Of a stretch of 64,000 nucleotides of DNA, positions 47,011 through 61,670 are shown one piece after another. The notes beneath the pieces are model-generated. The model was not told the origin of the DNA, did no database searches, and saw only the letters and a list, made by a program, of their open reading frames with translations. Source of the DNA: Lama guanicoe (Eukaryota). Positions within the stretch are counted from its first letter, which is position 1, and each line of letters begins with the position of its first letter. Position numbers and translations under genes: made by a program. Where the stretch lies: NCBI GenBank assembly GCA_013239625.1, contig MU053881.1, forward strand, positions 4,981,957 through 5,045,956. Direction: 5' to 3'.

Positions 47011-50000
47011 GGCAGGTGGCTCCACGGACAGCCATGACACCTTCCTATTGGGGACACCGGCACCACATTGGGGTCTGTTGGCAAGTACTACCTGTCAGGC
47101 ACTAGAGACAGCGAGGAACCAGACAGACGTGGTCTCTGCCTTCATCAAGCTTACAGACATCGCTCGCCTCTGACATAAACACCTTATCCCAGCTGTGATC
47201 ACTGCTTTGACAGAAAGCCGCGGGAGAGACACACGGGATGATGGAGCTCTGGGGAGAGTGGACTGGGACGACATCTCTGAGGAGATGGATGTTGAGGTCT
47301 GAAGGATGAGGAGGCTGTCCTGGCAAAGAGGGAGGACAGTCCTCGGGACAGCACGTGCAGAGGCCAGGAAGTGGGAAAGGCACGGCTTGTTTGGGAAACC
47401 GGACGAAGGTCACCGTGGCTGCAGAGTAGAGCAAAGGAAAGTGGGTGTGACGCAGAAGAAGAATGGGGCCGGGTCGGGGGGGTGGTGGGGAGGCCGAAGG
47501 CCACAGTGAGGCCTTCAGACTCGATCCCAGGTGCAGCAGCGCTGTCGAGCTGGCACTTTGAGAGGATCCCTCTGGCTGTTTTGTGGACCAACCAGAGGGG
47601 CCACTGTGGACTACGGAGATCAGTCAGGAGGCTGCTGAGCGGTGCAGGTCAGAGATGGCGGCCTGGACCAGGCGTGGTGGGGATGGAGAGGAGGGAGGGA
47701 TGCAGGGCACGCTGTGTGGAGCAGCCAGGACTCACTGATGGACAGGGGGTGGGGGTGGGCTGAGGGAGGCAGGCAGGCCAGGTTACTTTCTGGAACCACT
47801 CTCTGGGCTGGGAGCCCCTGGAAAAGGACTGGAACTGGTGGGGAGGGAAAGGTACCAAGTTCCATACGGCTGTGCCAAGCTCAAGGTAACTTGGAGACAC
47901 CTCCAAGGAGCCTCTGAGTGGACATCGGATGGCTGTGGCTGAAGCCCATTACCGATTCCCAGGTAACTCCCCAAGGAACATGTTCTAAAGGCCAGCCTGG
48001 TGGGCAGCTGCGGGGCAGTGCTTGAGGTGACCGGGCTGTGGTTATTTTAAACATGAATCAGGCCCCTTGGGTCCCATCCACAGGCTGTAAAATAGAGCAG
48101 GGTTGTTAGCTCTAAATAATTGGACTCTAAGAGAGCCTTGGAAATGGCCACTTCATTGGGAAAGAATGAGTCAAGCCAGGGCAAGGGCGCTTCATTTTTC
48201 ACTAAGACCCTGTCTTTGTGCTCCGAGCTCCTAGTATGATACAGCTGATGTTCAGTTAACAAGAAACGGGAGGTTCAAAAAAATACCTGGGGCTTGTTTC
48301 CTCGTGGCACGCACAGAGATGTTCCCAGAGACAAGAAAGCAACAGACACGGCTTAGCCTTCAGATTGCCGGGTCCCCAGCCCACTAACCCAGGAGAGGCC
48401 TCCTTATGCCTATGCTCTTTCATGTCATCCCATCCGCTCCTGTGAAATGTCCCGATCGCCCTTTTAGAACCAAGAAACTGACTCTCAGAGAAGGTGAGTC
48501 CCACCCCCACAGTCACACAGTAAGAACTGGCCCAGATGGGAGCCCAACTTGGGTCGGCCTTCCGCCAGGCTCCCCACGGCTCACGCTGCCTGCCCTTCCT
48601 CTCATCCTCACCACCCAGGGTCAAGGAAGACTGAGAGGAGCCCTGGCCTCTGAGGTCACAGGGTGTGAGAGAGGAGACAGGGGTTTGTGCATAGCAGGCT
48701 CCCGCTGTTGGCCCACATCAGAGACGGGGAGGAACAAATGAGCCCACAGGAGAGGGGCCAGCAGGACCACAGGAGGTTATGCAGGAGGAAGAGCAACTCC
48801 TCCACTGCCAGATGCTCCTTCTGGTGCCCAGTTTCTACCCCTGCTTAATTCACAACTCCGCAGGGTTGCTGAGTAATGAGATCGCTGGGTGAGTAACAGA
48901 ATGGTCACCGAGGGACAGCCCCCAGCTTTCCCTTACAGCTGTGTGAGACTCTTCCTTGAAGCCACGCACCTTTCCCACCTGGGAGGCGAGGCCACTGCAC
49001 GTCACTGAGGGATTGTGGGATGATGTCATCCCCTGGCAATCCTCCGGAGGTGACCTCAGCGCCCAGTGAGGTGAATCCCAGGTGTGGCGCCAAGGTGAGC
49101 TCACCCTTGAGGCCCCAGGAAGCCTCTCCCAGCCCGCGGAGCCGAGGCTCTCAGGGGCTGACCCGCTGCCCAGGACAAAGGGGCTGAGGCGCTGGGGAGG
49201 GGATGGAACACTCACTGGCCTGCAGAGCTTGGGGCCAGTCTGGTTACGTAAGGCCAGGATGGGCTGCTCCCTGGAGCCTTCCTGAAGGGCCCCGGGGCTG
49301 CGAGATAAACAAGGTCAATCACCTGTGCCGCCCGCCCGATGAGGTCAATGTGGCTGCCGCCTTCCGTGTCCAAGGAACATGTTCCAGGGCCCCCGGCTTC
49401 CCGCCACCCCTGCCAGCGCCGCAGTGCCACTCACAGGTGCCTGCCAAGGCTAGCGAACGCCATTGGCTGGACTGATTTTAAAAGGCAAACGGAGGCTAGA
49501 AATCAGCCCACCTGGAGGGAAAACAAATGTTTTTTCTGGATTCATTGCTGCTGCCTGGGGACTGTCGTGGGCCTGACTCCTGTCACTACTGTGGGCGATG
49601 AGAACCCGTGGGGCAGCAGTGGACAGATGTGGGCTCACCCCCTGGCTCTGTCACTTGGAAGCTGGGGGACCTGGAACAAGTTGCTTCACCTCTCTGAGCC
49701 TCAGTTTCCTCAACTGTAAAACTGGGAAAGCTTTCTATGAAGTCTGAAGACAGGCAGAATCAATTCTTAGCAACAGAAGTCAGAACAGTGGTGGTTTGGG
49801 GGTGGGGTACTGACTGGGAGGGGGCACCTGGAACCTCCCAGGTGGTGGAGATGTGTGGTCTTGATGGAGAGATGGCGACATGGCTGTGAACACGGGAAAG
49901 CATTCTCAGAGTCTCCCCTTTTAAGATTCGTGCATGTTGCTGTTTGTACATTGTACGCACACCTATCATAAAGGAAAGAAAACAAGCAACGAAGGAGAAA

Positions 50001-53000
50001 GAAAGGAAGGGAAAAAAAAGGATAATGGTTCCAGCTACTTCCAGGGCTGTGTGAGGATGGGCAGGGGGGCTGCAGGATGCCCCGGGGTGGGCACTTATCT
50101 CGGAGGACCTAGCACAGAGCACAGGCCCTTCCTGGCAAAGAGAAGCAGCAGATGGTGGAAGTCCGGGCTCTCAGGGTTCGAATCCTAGCTCCACCACCCA
50201 CCGGCTGGTGGACCTGGTACACGGGGCTTTGCCTTCACCAGCCTCAACTTCCCCAGGTGTAAAATGGGGTCAACCACAGGCACAACCTTAGAAAACAGTA
50301 AGTGCTCAGTGAATGTCCACCACTTTTATTGTTATCACTAATATCATTACGTTTACGGAGTGGACAATGACAGGCATACTGACAGTACCCACCTCGCAGC
50401 ATCGTGGGGAGGATGAAACATGCACAAAAGCTGCTTGCTTATAACTAATCAAAGGAGATGTCCCAGTTCTGGGCACCCAGGCACCTTCACATACAGTATC
50501 TCATTTAATCCTCACAGCAAGCCAGCATTTAATAGAGGTTACTGTTCTCTTTTCACAAGGATGTAACTGGGCTCAAAGGAAGGTGGATGAAAAGCCGGCC
50601 AAGATCACACAGCCAGGAGAAGGCAGAGGCAGGGATCTAGAGCCACGGGTGCCCACAGCCGCGCTCTTTCTACTGCCTTCCACTGCACGGGACACGAATC
50701 AACGGAGGACCGAGAGGCAGGTGGCCCCTAAGGAGACGTGTGATGCAGGGGCCACCACCTTTCTGATAATCTCCAGATGCCCCCCCATGCCACCTATGGC
50801 CCAAGTATCTTCAGGGCACAGAGGTGCCAAGGGGTCCACTCCCTTTGTGTCGCACAAGTCTCCCCGTCACCTTCACCCACCACACCCTGGTGGGCTGCAG
50901 CATCTGCCTCCCCCAGCCCCCCAGCCAGGACGCAGGCTCCCTGCGCTGGCAGTAGAGAGCGCATGCGCACAACCTCTGCTGTAGGGGGGAGCGCATTCCA
51001 GGTGGGGGACGCCAGACTGCACGAGACTGCGTGGGGGTCAGAAAGCAGTGGCCATGTAGGGAGAGAGGAAGAAAGGGGCCAGGGAGGTATGGGTGGGGGG
51101 AGTGTAGGTGGAATGTAACGAAGCGTCTTGAAATTCTAGGCTGAGGCGTGAGTCTGATGACATCTACGGAAAACAATTTTATTTGCTTTTAGAAGAGCAC
51201 TTGAATAGTTCAGATTCCTGCCCAGCGTCGCTGACCTCCATGCTTAATAATCTGATTTAATGGAAACTTACACAGCAGCGAGGCTCACTGTAAGGGCCTC
51301 GGGTGGGAGTGGGAGGGGTGAGGTTATGCAAGCAAGCTCTCCGGGACTTGGACTTCTCAATCCCGACCATTCTAGGTGTAAGTAAGAGGATATATTACCT
51401 GCCAGGCAGATGTCCAAAAAGATCACCCCTTTGCAGCTACTCAGTCCTGCCCCCACCCCCTTCTCCACAGCCGCTGCCCTGGGACCCTCAGTTTTTCTGC
51501 CTTGGGTCATCGCCCAGCCCCCTTACCAGAGCCTTGGCCTCTAGGGTCACCCCACCCCAAACCCATCTTTGCCAAGAGGTGATCTTTCCAAGGCATGAAC
51601 CCCATCCCATCACTCCTTGCTCAGAAGCTTTCAGGCCACCCATTGCTCCTCCACGTGACAATTGTGGCTCTCTCTGGCTCACAATCCAGGCCTCAGAGCG
51701 GCTCAGCCAGGCTCTGAGGGAGCCATCCAGCTCCTCCTCCTGGCTAAGCTACTGGCCTCCCCACTCTGGGCCTGCTGCCGGAGCGTGTGAAGACACAGTT
51801 TGAGGTAACTTCCAAGTTCCAATTAGGTGGGCAATGGCTTCCTGGAGTTCTGATTGCCAGCTCGGCCACCTTCCCCGGAAGGGTGCATCCACGTCTTCTG
51901 GTGAACTATTCTGACCGACAAGCAGAGGCTCTCATGTGCCTGGTGCTCCAACATGCTCTGGGCAGAAAAGGGTGGGATGTCAGAGCCTGGGTGCCGAGTC
52001 TGGGCGCTGGCGTCAGACAAGTCTGAGTTTGACTCTCACTCCAGCCACTTACAAACTTCATTGTGGTTTTTGCCTCCTGGTGCCTCAGTTTCCCCAGCTG
52101 TAAAGTGAGACTGATGCTAACAGTTAACACTTGGCTCAAGGGGGTTTGTGATCCTTAAATGAGATGAACACGGTAGAGTGCAGACTTAGGTGGCTGGCAC
52201 GTGGTCACCTATTATAAATCATAACTGGAAAGTATAATGAGTAATATTAAGCTATAAATTACCAATGCATTGTTCCAGTTACTACATTTTCTTATTATAC
52301 CTCTTGTTCATGTTAATAATGAAGAGCAGCTAGGTCCTGGGCAGCCAAAGGCTGGAATGTTCTGCCGCCACGTGCTCGGAGGAGGGAGCTGCCACTCCCC
52401 TGGAGAAATGGAGCCTCAGAAATGGACCCCTGTGGGGTCACTTTCCCGAGGACAATTAATGGCCAGGTTGAAGTCTAACCACCCAAACAAACAGGCCTTT
52501 CTCCCCGCCGGGCCGGGCCGGGCCAGAATAGCCTCTCATGTCACTGATAACCACAGGCCAGGATGGGAGCGACGCTGATCCAACCAGCGGTGACCTCATT
52601 TCCTTGGGTTCCAATCTGATGGTGGGGGGGAGGGTAGCCGACCCACTGTGGTCACAGAACTGCCAGGGAGGGCCAGCCACCCAGAAAAGGCAAAGAAATT
52701 GTGACCTGTGGTCCTTCTCAAGTTGGCAGGGCTTCCCAGGGGTCAGAGAAGCTTCTGAGAGAGGAAAGATATCCAGGTGCAATCCTCTGTCTGGATTTTT
52801 CTGCAGAGTCCGCAGCCCTCATTCCCAAGGACTCTCTTTGGTTATAAGGTCGCAGACAGAAGGGGAGTATGAGGGTTACTGTATCACCATGGATGGAGCC
52901 GCTGGCTTGGACAGGTCTCTTTTCTCATCCCCACTGCCCTTCCTCTCCCCAGCCACTCACACTGCCAACAGAGAAGTGCTTGTTAGCGCAAGGCCTGACG

Positions 53001-55661
53001 CAGGGCAAACACCGAGTGAATGGCCCCCCCGTGTTTTAATCCCTCCCCTCAGCACTCATGTTTCCTCCTCTCCAGGGATGTGGTGGGTCCAGAGTGTCCA
53101 GAATGCCCCCAGGAGCCCGGAAGAGGAAGTCCTGGACAGGGGGAGGGGCAGAGCGATGGGAACACATTGTGCTCTCGGGAAAGGAGCCAGCCCTGCCCTG
53201 GTAAATGGAGCGAGCTTGTCAGGGCTGCTCAAGGGCCCGGTGCACAGCAGGAGGGCTCCACCTGCTGCCGTCACCAGCTCTGACGTCAAAACGTGCCCAC
53301 TGGGGCGCTGCCTCAGCACCCCACCTCACTATGGGCTGCAGACGATCAGCTTAACGAGCAGCCCCTCACAATGCCAGCAGGAGGTGAGGGAGGCCCACTC
53401 TGAACTCAAGGAGGGGACCAGGAAATGTACATCCAAGACCACTACATGCCAGGCGCTGAGCGGTCTTACAGCCTTTTTCTTGTTAGATTCGGAAGAAATA
53501 TGAAACAAATACGAGCATTAAGAGATACAGAGCCACTGATGTTAATCAGGTGCTATATCAAGTACCTCTCAGGTAAAGAATCTTCTTAAAGCCTCACAAA
53601 ACATCACATACCTTCTCTAACTCCTATCTGGCTTTTTTTTTTTTTCCCTTTAGAGCCCTCATCATTAATTGACATTTTCTGTTTTGTTTGCTTGTTGATC
53701 ATCTGTGTCCACCACTGGCATGTCTGGCTCCTTCGAGCATGAGGCAACGGTGAATCAGGCGGACCTGGCCCCTCACTTCTAGGGACTCAGGACTAAGGAA
53801 GAGTCCCATTAATACACAGCAGTGCACAGTGCACAGTGCCTGCCTCCTGCCTCCTCATATTCTACCCTCCCTGCTTGCTCACTTTGCTCTAGCCACACCA
53901 GCTCTCTATCTGCTCTTTGTATACACCAGGGAATTCCTGCCTCAGGGCCTTTGCACTTGCTAGTGCCCCTGCCTGGAATATATAAAGCTTCTCACCTGGC
54001 ACCTGGGGCACAATTGGGGCTCTCTCCTTACTGCTGTCACATGGGCACCCCCTCTCACCTTGCCCAGAACATAAGAGGTCTGCACAGCAGCCCTCACTCC
54101 CATGGAATGGGGTGCAGCCTAGAGAGACCAGCAGGTGCCCTGCACATAATAGGTCCTTCCTAATGCCAGCAGGTCTCAATCTCTGGCTGTTCTCCTTGCT
54201 TCCACCTCCAAATCATGATGGGATGACCCCTGAAATGTCCAGTGGCCCAAATGTGCAGAGAGGGGAAGACACTTGACTGGGACAGTCAACTCCCAGGGGA
54301 CAAATTCCCTTCTGTGACCCCTGCATGGTCAGAGAGTCGCGTCTTGGGAAGCAGACAAGCCTCCCCGGCCCTGGAAGGGAGCTCTGACTCTGGTGTGCCC
54401 TCCCTTGTTTGGCCAACAGTACTGCGGCCCAAAGGGGTTTGGCAACTTGCCCAGGGTCAGAGAGTGAAGTGGTAAGTGAGCAGAGATCTGGCCCTGGGTC
54501 TCCCAAAGCCTTGTCCAGTGCTCTTTCCATCCTTCCATGAGCCCCCCCCAGGGCTTTGGTGCCATCAGGGTTAAAAGCAGGATCAGAGGACGGGGAAGAC
54601 AGCTCTCCCACATCAGAGGAGGGCAGGAAACCATATTCAGAAATAAGCCGGGGTGGGGGTGGGGTGGCGCGGCGGTGTGGGCGGGGCGAGATGCGCACTC
54701 CCGTGGGAGCGTGACTGTGGGCAGCTCCCCTTGCCTCTCTGAGCCCCCTCGGGGACAACTACTTCCCAGGGCTGTCTGAGGATTAAAAGTGGTAATGCTT
54801 AAACAGCAACAAGGACTGTCCGGGGCTTTCATTTTCCTGTTGTCTCGAGGCTGAGAGGGAGGCAAAGGAAACCAAGAAATTCCATGAGTGAAGGAGAAAA
54901 TTCCAGAGTTGAACAGGGGAGTGGGTGGCCAGAGTCCAGCCCCGTGACGACTTTCTGGACTGTAAACATGGAAATGAAGAGGCTTAGAAACCAGAGGTGA
55001 GGGCAGGAAGCTTCTGGATCTAATTCATCTCAGAGGGGTATCCGATGAGGCTGGACTGAATAATCCCAGTGGCATCCTGGGTTACACAGGCCCTGAGCAT
55101 TTACTAGGTTTTCTGGACAAGGGATGATTCTAGGAACTGAGACGGACTCACAATGCGTCAGCCGCTGCCAGGAAGCCCATGCTGATTCCTCACCCGGCGT
55201 GGGCCTGAGCAAGCAGGGAAGGGGGCTTGGCTGAGGGGGCCAGGCTCTGATGTCAGAACCTCAGCCCCTCGGGTAGAAAGCTGCACCCGTTTTTCTCCAA
55301 ATTCTTCCAGCTTTAACATCAAATGACCCTCTGAGTGATGACTCAGAGGGAAAAAAGCCCACTGGGCAAACACAGGGAGGGCAAACATGAGCAAACGATT
55401 TCTGTCCATCTGCGGACCCAGGAGGCCCCCCACCCCTGACCTCAGAAGGGAACCGAAGTTTTCTCTTCAGCTCTAACAAAGCAATGTCGACTTTTGCTCT
55501 GGCTTTAAAACCCTTTTAAGAAACAGAGGCGCAACGGATACTACCGGCTGGGAGCCGGGAGTGGAAGGTTCGGAGGCTTCTCTCCTTTGTAAAGCCCCTC
55601 CCTCCTCTCACCTAGGGGTCCCTGAAAGGTCTGGAATCCCTCCTTGGGGGATGTGACTTAC

Positions 55662-55734
55662 ATTTCTGTCGTTATGAATCCGGTGAGCTCCGAGAGGAAG
55701 AGGAAGAGGATGAAGAGGCAGCAGCAGATAGAGA
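55662..55734 (-). CDS. ERGIC1: ERGIC1 coding exon 3 (73 nt): SICCCLFILFLFLSELTGFITTE, first transmembrane helix
   Basis: Acceptor ttccag|TCTCT and donor GAAAT|gtaagt; peptide seen in ORF 55658..55903. Confidence 0.96.
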
Positions 55735-56128
55735 CTGGAAGAAACAACACAGACAAACAGTTCAGGGCGGTGGGCACTGACGGTGGGAGGCCGGCCGCCC
55801 CCTTCCTGCCCTCAGAGCAAAGCTGCTTCCTGGGAGGGGGCAGAGGTCCACAGACCCTCCAGAGCCCCTTCTTACTCTTGGCCTCGATACGAAGCAGCCC
55901 CAATTCCAGAAAGGGAGACCACCGTTGGAACTGACCTCACCCTCCCATGGGAACCCACCCCGCTACATAGGCAGATCCTCTAGGGGGCCAGCCTGGCTTC
56001 CTTCCACAAGAGCACTTTAACACAGAAGTCAGTTGAAAATAAGAGCTGTGAATTGCACATCTATCGGAACACAGAGTTGTGTTCTGTTCGGCTTGACGGG
56101 TATTTATTTTGGAATTTGAAGTCAAAGT

Positions 56129-56300
56129 GGGAGGGAGGCTGGGTGGTAGAGGGCATGCGTAGCACGCACCTGGTCCTCAGCTCAATCCCCAGTAGCTCTG
56201 CTAAAATAAACAAATAAACCTAATTACCACTCCCCTCCCCACCAAAAAAAAAAACCAAAAAAAAAAAACAAACCCAAAAGATAAAAGGTTGAAAAAAAAA
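56129..56300 (+). mobile_element. tRNA-derived SINE, long form, diverged
   Basis: gtggtagagggcatgcgtagcacgcac...caatccccagtagctc...aaataaacctaattacc plus an A-rich tail. Confidence 0.8.
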
Positions 56301-59300
56301 TTGGAGTCGACATTGAACAATCCGGAGATTTTACATAAAAGTCCACATTTCTGGCTGTCCCAGAACACTCAAGCCTTTGTCCCCACAAGGGGTCTGAGCT
56401 CACCAGTTTGCCACAGGCCCCACCACTCCCTCCCACCTCCCTGATTCCAAAGCTGAGGCAGAGTGTCTGTTGCCCTTTATCCCCACCCATGTGACCCTGG
56501 AGTCACTCCTTGGGGCAAGACACAACACGTGTCCCCGGGGCTGGCCCTCAACTCACCTCTGGTCGCATCTCCTGACACACCCCCAACATCCAACCTCCCA
56601 GCCACACTGAGTCACCGGCTCGTCCCTACATATGCAGTTCCTCTTGTCTGGAATGTCCTTCTCCATGATCCCTCTTCCTCCTTGGTCATCCTCTCTACCT
56701 GGTGAACTCCTACTCATCCTCCCAGGCCAAGGCCCAACTTAAATGCCCCATCTAATGGGAAGGTCCCCCAACCCTCAGAGGTGGAGCTGGTCACTCTTTC
56801 TTCTGTATAACCAGCCTCCATTTGAACACTTCCCAGATTTTATTGGTTATCTGTGGCTGTCTCTCTCATTAGACTGATATCCTAAAAGGCAAAAACTCCA
56901 CAGCTCTAATGCTTGGCCTGGCTACACAGGAGGTTTTGCGTACAGCAGGGAGCCAGCCCCCAAAATGGAGAATGAGGGGTGGGTGTGCCTCATCTGGGTT
57001 TATCACAGAGGCATGTCGCGGGTAAGGGCTCACACAGTGTGGCCCCACCGCTCACCTGCTATGTGTCCCTGGGTAAGTTACTTAACCTCTCTCTGCCTCG
57101 GTTTCCTCATCTGTAAAATGGTACCAGCAGTAGTATCTGTCTTATGGGGCTGCTTGAGAACTTCCACAACACAGAGGCTGGGCTTAAAATAGTGTCTGAC
57201 ATTAGCTCATTATTATGATTTTCATCAGGGAAACCTTGAAGGCTTAGATGATTTGAGAGAGGTGATTTGGCAAATGGATTGACCCTAAATTTCCTGCAAA
57301 GAAAAAAAAAAGTTCCCAGTCCCACCTTCTGATTTGGCTATGTTCTTGAGACAGCGTGTACCTGGCTGGCTGAGGTGGGTGCTGAAACCATGTATTTAAC
57401 ATCACCATCATTATTATCATCATCATCTATGGTCAAACGAACAAAGATGAATTCTAGGGGAAGAAGGCAGAGAATGAGTGATTGCTGGGCACTTAACTTG
57501 TGCCCTGCTGTGGAAGCACTGATGGACACCTGTCATTTTACACTTCCAAGTGCTGGGGGGACAAGGCCATGTGACAGGTGTAGAAACAGAGGCTCAGAGA
57601 CCGGAAGAGACTGGCCCAGAGACACACGGGATGGCAGGCAGGGGAGGGGATGCAGGACCAAACCCTGTGCACCCTAGAGCCAATGCCCTAAGAAAGAGAA
57701 GCCGCAAATCTTGGACTCCAAGTGAACAGTGGGAGGGGGACATCCCCAGAGTCCTCACCAAGCCTCCAAAACCACACCCAGACATAAAGGATGCTAGAAT
57801 GACTCCCCATTTCTTCCAAACTTTGAAAAAGCTCTATGGGGCAGAATTTAGGGTTTTTTTTTTTGGAAGAGGTAATACATGCACATGATTAAAAAAATCA
57901 TCAAGCTGTATAAAAAGGCGCACCGTGAGAGTCTCTTTCTCATTCCTGTTCCACAGCCCCCTGCCCAGAGGTACCGCCCTTCCAGTCTTGTGCCCTGCCA
58001 TGCACATACGAGTTTTTCCTCTAAGTGAGCAGCATAATGCACACGTCCTTCTGACCGTGCTCTGCTCACTCAGCTGTCTATGTCTAAGCAGGTGCCACAT
58101 GGTTTATAGACCGGCCGTGTTGCATGTTCGTTTTTATGGCATAGACATGAATTTCAAACGTCTTCTCCAGCTGCTGAGCAAATCCACTGCAGGAGATTAG
58201 CTGTCAATCATACTTCCCAGCTCACGTCCTTCCCCTTCTCGCTTGCAAACCAAAGTTATGATGCCTCCTGATAAAGAATCCCACCAGGTGGGCAAAACAC
58301 CCTCCACCTGAAATCTTGCACCTTTGTGACCCACATGTCAGAATCATTTTCACCTCTCCTACCCCTCCTTCAAGCCCTAACAGCCCACTGGTTGCTGTAA
58401 TGATGAACAAGCCCAAACGAGGGAGGTCTTTTTGAAGGTCAATGCCGACTTAGACCAACCCAGCTTTTCTAGCTGCCTTCCTTGCCCCAAGCCTTCAAAT
58501 GGGCCCCAAAGTTCCGATGCTGTGCAGATCAGACATTGGGGGACAGAGATAGGAAGGCCTCTCTATGAAACCTGTGAGTGTTGTTCCAGGCTTGGACTTA
58601 GCGGGTGGATAGGTGCCGAGTCTGCTCAGCCGAATCCCAAGTGTCCAACAGCCCACACTCTGTGTCTGCTCCCTGCACCCTGTCCCTAGACTGGGAGGAC
58701 AGAGACAGTGTCTCAGGACCACTGGGCCTCACAGTCTAGCACAATGCCCTGGCTCACAGAAGGTATGAAATAAATTATTCGTTGAGTGAATGAATGAATG
58801 AATGAATAAAACCCACAAAGGCAGGTAGGCAGTATTTCTACCAGAATGGCTTTCTGATACTGATGGGGTTTTCAGTCCATGTTTGGGCAAGACGCTCAGG
58901 CCCTCTGACTCCAGACTTCTCCCGAAACTAACTCAGGCACCGGAAGGGAGGAATGTGACCCCAGGAGAGAGCTCTCTAGTGGGAAACCTGGGGCAGCCAG
59001 CAAAGGGGGCACTGGACCCAAGACCCCAGGCCCCGGGAATCAAGGAACTTGTCCAAGGCCACACGGCCACTTAAGCGGAGGAGGCAAAATTCAAGCCTTG
59101 ACCTATGAGATTCCAGCGCCCTTGCTGGTTCCTTCAGTTATTAATAGCACTTATCATGACGTAAGGAAACGGTGTGTTTCTGTGTCCGCCCGCCTGCTCA
59201 GCCACGCGCTGTCTTCAGGGACAAAGACCAAAGCCCATTCATCAGTGTGGTCTCGGGACTTGGCATGGGGCCTGGCTCCAGACCTGGCTGATAAATATTT

Positions 59301-60664
59301 GTTCATTAAATGGTAGCTAAGGGCTGGCTTCCCATGCTCTCGCCTTTCCTCCTGTGCAAGGGAATTCGCCCTCTCGCACACTGTGGTGGAAACTGCAAAT
59401 CCGACCAGGTCCCCGGAGGGCCATTGGCAGCACCTTCTAAACTTCACAATGTGCATGCCCTTTGACTCAGTAATTCCTCTTCTAGGAAAGTTACCTTACA
59501 GAAGCAACCATACAAGGATATGAAAACATGTGGACAAGGATGTCTGTGACAACAGTGAGCTGGAATCAGCACGTCCACCCTCAGGAGGCTGGTTACATAA
59601 ACCGTGGCTCAGCCGGATAACGGAACATGACACAGCTGGAAAGAAGAACGTGGTGGCTGTTTACGTGCTGGTCTGAAAGGTATGTCAGCTGAAAAGGGGC
59701 CGGAAAGGATGGTGTGCGCAGCATGCTCCCATCTGTGCTTAAAATGACGACATAGGTATTTCAAAGCCTGAATGTATTTTTAAAAAATTCTAGAAGAACA
59801 CAGACCTGATGGTTAAACATACTTGACAAGGGAAAGACTGCAGTGCTTGCGAAGAAGTGGTCTGAGCTGTTAGTTGGTGGTAGGAAGAGGACACGAAGCC
59901 TCACTGGAAGTTTTTTTTCAGTCCAGGTTCATAAACTAATTGAACAGATAGATGAACAAGGCCCTTTCCTCTCATGTCCCCAGAATATCTTTCCCACGGA
60001 GATCAAGGCACAAAGCATCCAGCTTCTGCCGTCACAGACCCTCGTGGGCTGTGGGCTCCAGGAGGACAGTGATAAGAAGAGGTGGGTGGTCCCAGCACTG
60101 AGGATGTGGCACATACTCCAAACTTGACAGCTGTGATCACATTTAATCCCCAGATCCAAACCTGAGGCTCAGAGAGGTGAAGTGACTTGCCCAAGGCCGC
60201 CCAGCTGCTAAATGGGAGAATGAACCCAGCTCTGCCAGACTTGGAGCTAACAGGACACCAATCCTGCTGCCTGGCTGCTTTGGTCCCTTCTCCAGGGATG
60301 TGGAGATCCAGGCTTGAGAAGGCATCTGCAGCTTTGAAGAGCTGAGCTGGGAAGGGCCAGCGGGGGGTGGGTGCAGGGTCGGGGAGGGGAGATCCCCAAG
60401 GTTATCCCGGAAGCTGACCCTGCCTGTTATGGGAGTGAACTCCAACCTGACAGCCCAGACCCAGGGCCCTGCTCAGGGGACAGTCCGTGGGGAGGGTCCC
60501 TCTCTCACAGCAACCACCGGAGAGGCCAGGGCGGGTGCAGGGAGGCCCACCTTCTGTGAGCTGTGACACTTCAGACAAGTCACTTCACCTCTCTGAGTCC
60601 ATTCTGTCAACTGGAAAATGAGGCCAGAGCATTCCTGCTCGCAAGGGCAGTTTGGTTTGTTTTT

Positions 60665-61670
60665 ATAATTTTTAAAATAAACTTTATTGTCGAATAATAA
60701 TGGACGCAGAGAGTACAGAGAGTTCCCATACACCCTTCACCCAGCTTCCTCTTATGTTAACATCTTCCGTCACCCCAGTGTATTTGGCAAAATGAAGAAA
60801 TCAACATTGTACAACACTGTTAACTAAGCTCCTGACTCAGTAAATCGCCAGTTTCCGCGCTAGTGCCTGGTTTCTGTTCGAGGACCCGACCTGCGATCCC
60901 ATTTTGCATTTAGTGATCGTGTGCTTAGTCTCGAACCTGTGACGGTTCCTCAGTCTCCTCTTGGTTTCTAAGACCTTGCTGCTTTCCAAGAGTTCTGGGC
61001 AGGTGACCGCAGGGTGTCCCCCAGTCTGGGGATGTCTGGCGCTTTCTCATGGTTAGACTGGGCTGTGGTTTTAGGGGAAGATCCCACAGAGGTGGGTGCC
61101 TTTCCCATCACACCCCCGCAGGGGCGTGTGACACCCACGTGACCTCTCATGGGTTGATGCGAACCTTTCTCACCGAGTGAAGGGGCCGCCTCTGGATGGC
61201 TCCACCGTAAAGTTATTATTTCCCTTCCATTCTCCTCTTTAAGAGCGAGCCACTAGCCCACACTTCAGGAGAGGAGAGTCAAGTCTACCTCCTGGAGGGG
61301 GATAGATTCGTGTACATGATTTGGAATTCCTCTGTCCGGAAGATTCATCTCTTCTCCCCCATTTATTTAGAACGGCATGGACTCATGGACCTTTTTCTTA
61401 ACTCTTCGCGTTATAAGCCAATAATGCCATGATTTACTGTGTTACTCAAACTGCCCCAGTGTTGGTCTTTGTTCTGTGTCCGGTCGGCTCCTGTGTCCTG
61501 CTGACATCCCCCCACCCCTTTTTTAACCTCCAAACACTGTTTTGCTTTCTGGCACAAGGTGCCCCAGGCTTGTTTTGCACATTTCCCGCCCCAGCCCTGC
61601 CATCAGCCACTTCTCCAAGGATCCCTAGGTCCTCTTAGTGAAGACTGGCAGTCAGAAACCAAAATCTGCG
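60665..61670 (-). mobile_element. Old LINE-1 (L1M-type) 3'UTR fragment
   Basis: aaactttatt...agtacagagagttcccatacacccttcacccagcttcc...ccctgccatcagccacttctccaagg. Confidence 0.72.

Noticed and set aside
52538..53503. 321-aa plus-strand ORF, the longest in the track
   Set aside because: Antisense within a GC-rich intron, no recognisable domain, composition rich in S/P/G/R and no supporting promoter or splice structure. Probably a chance ORF.
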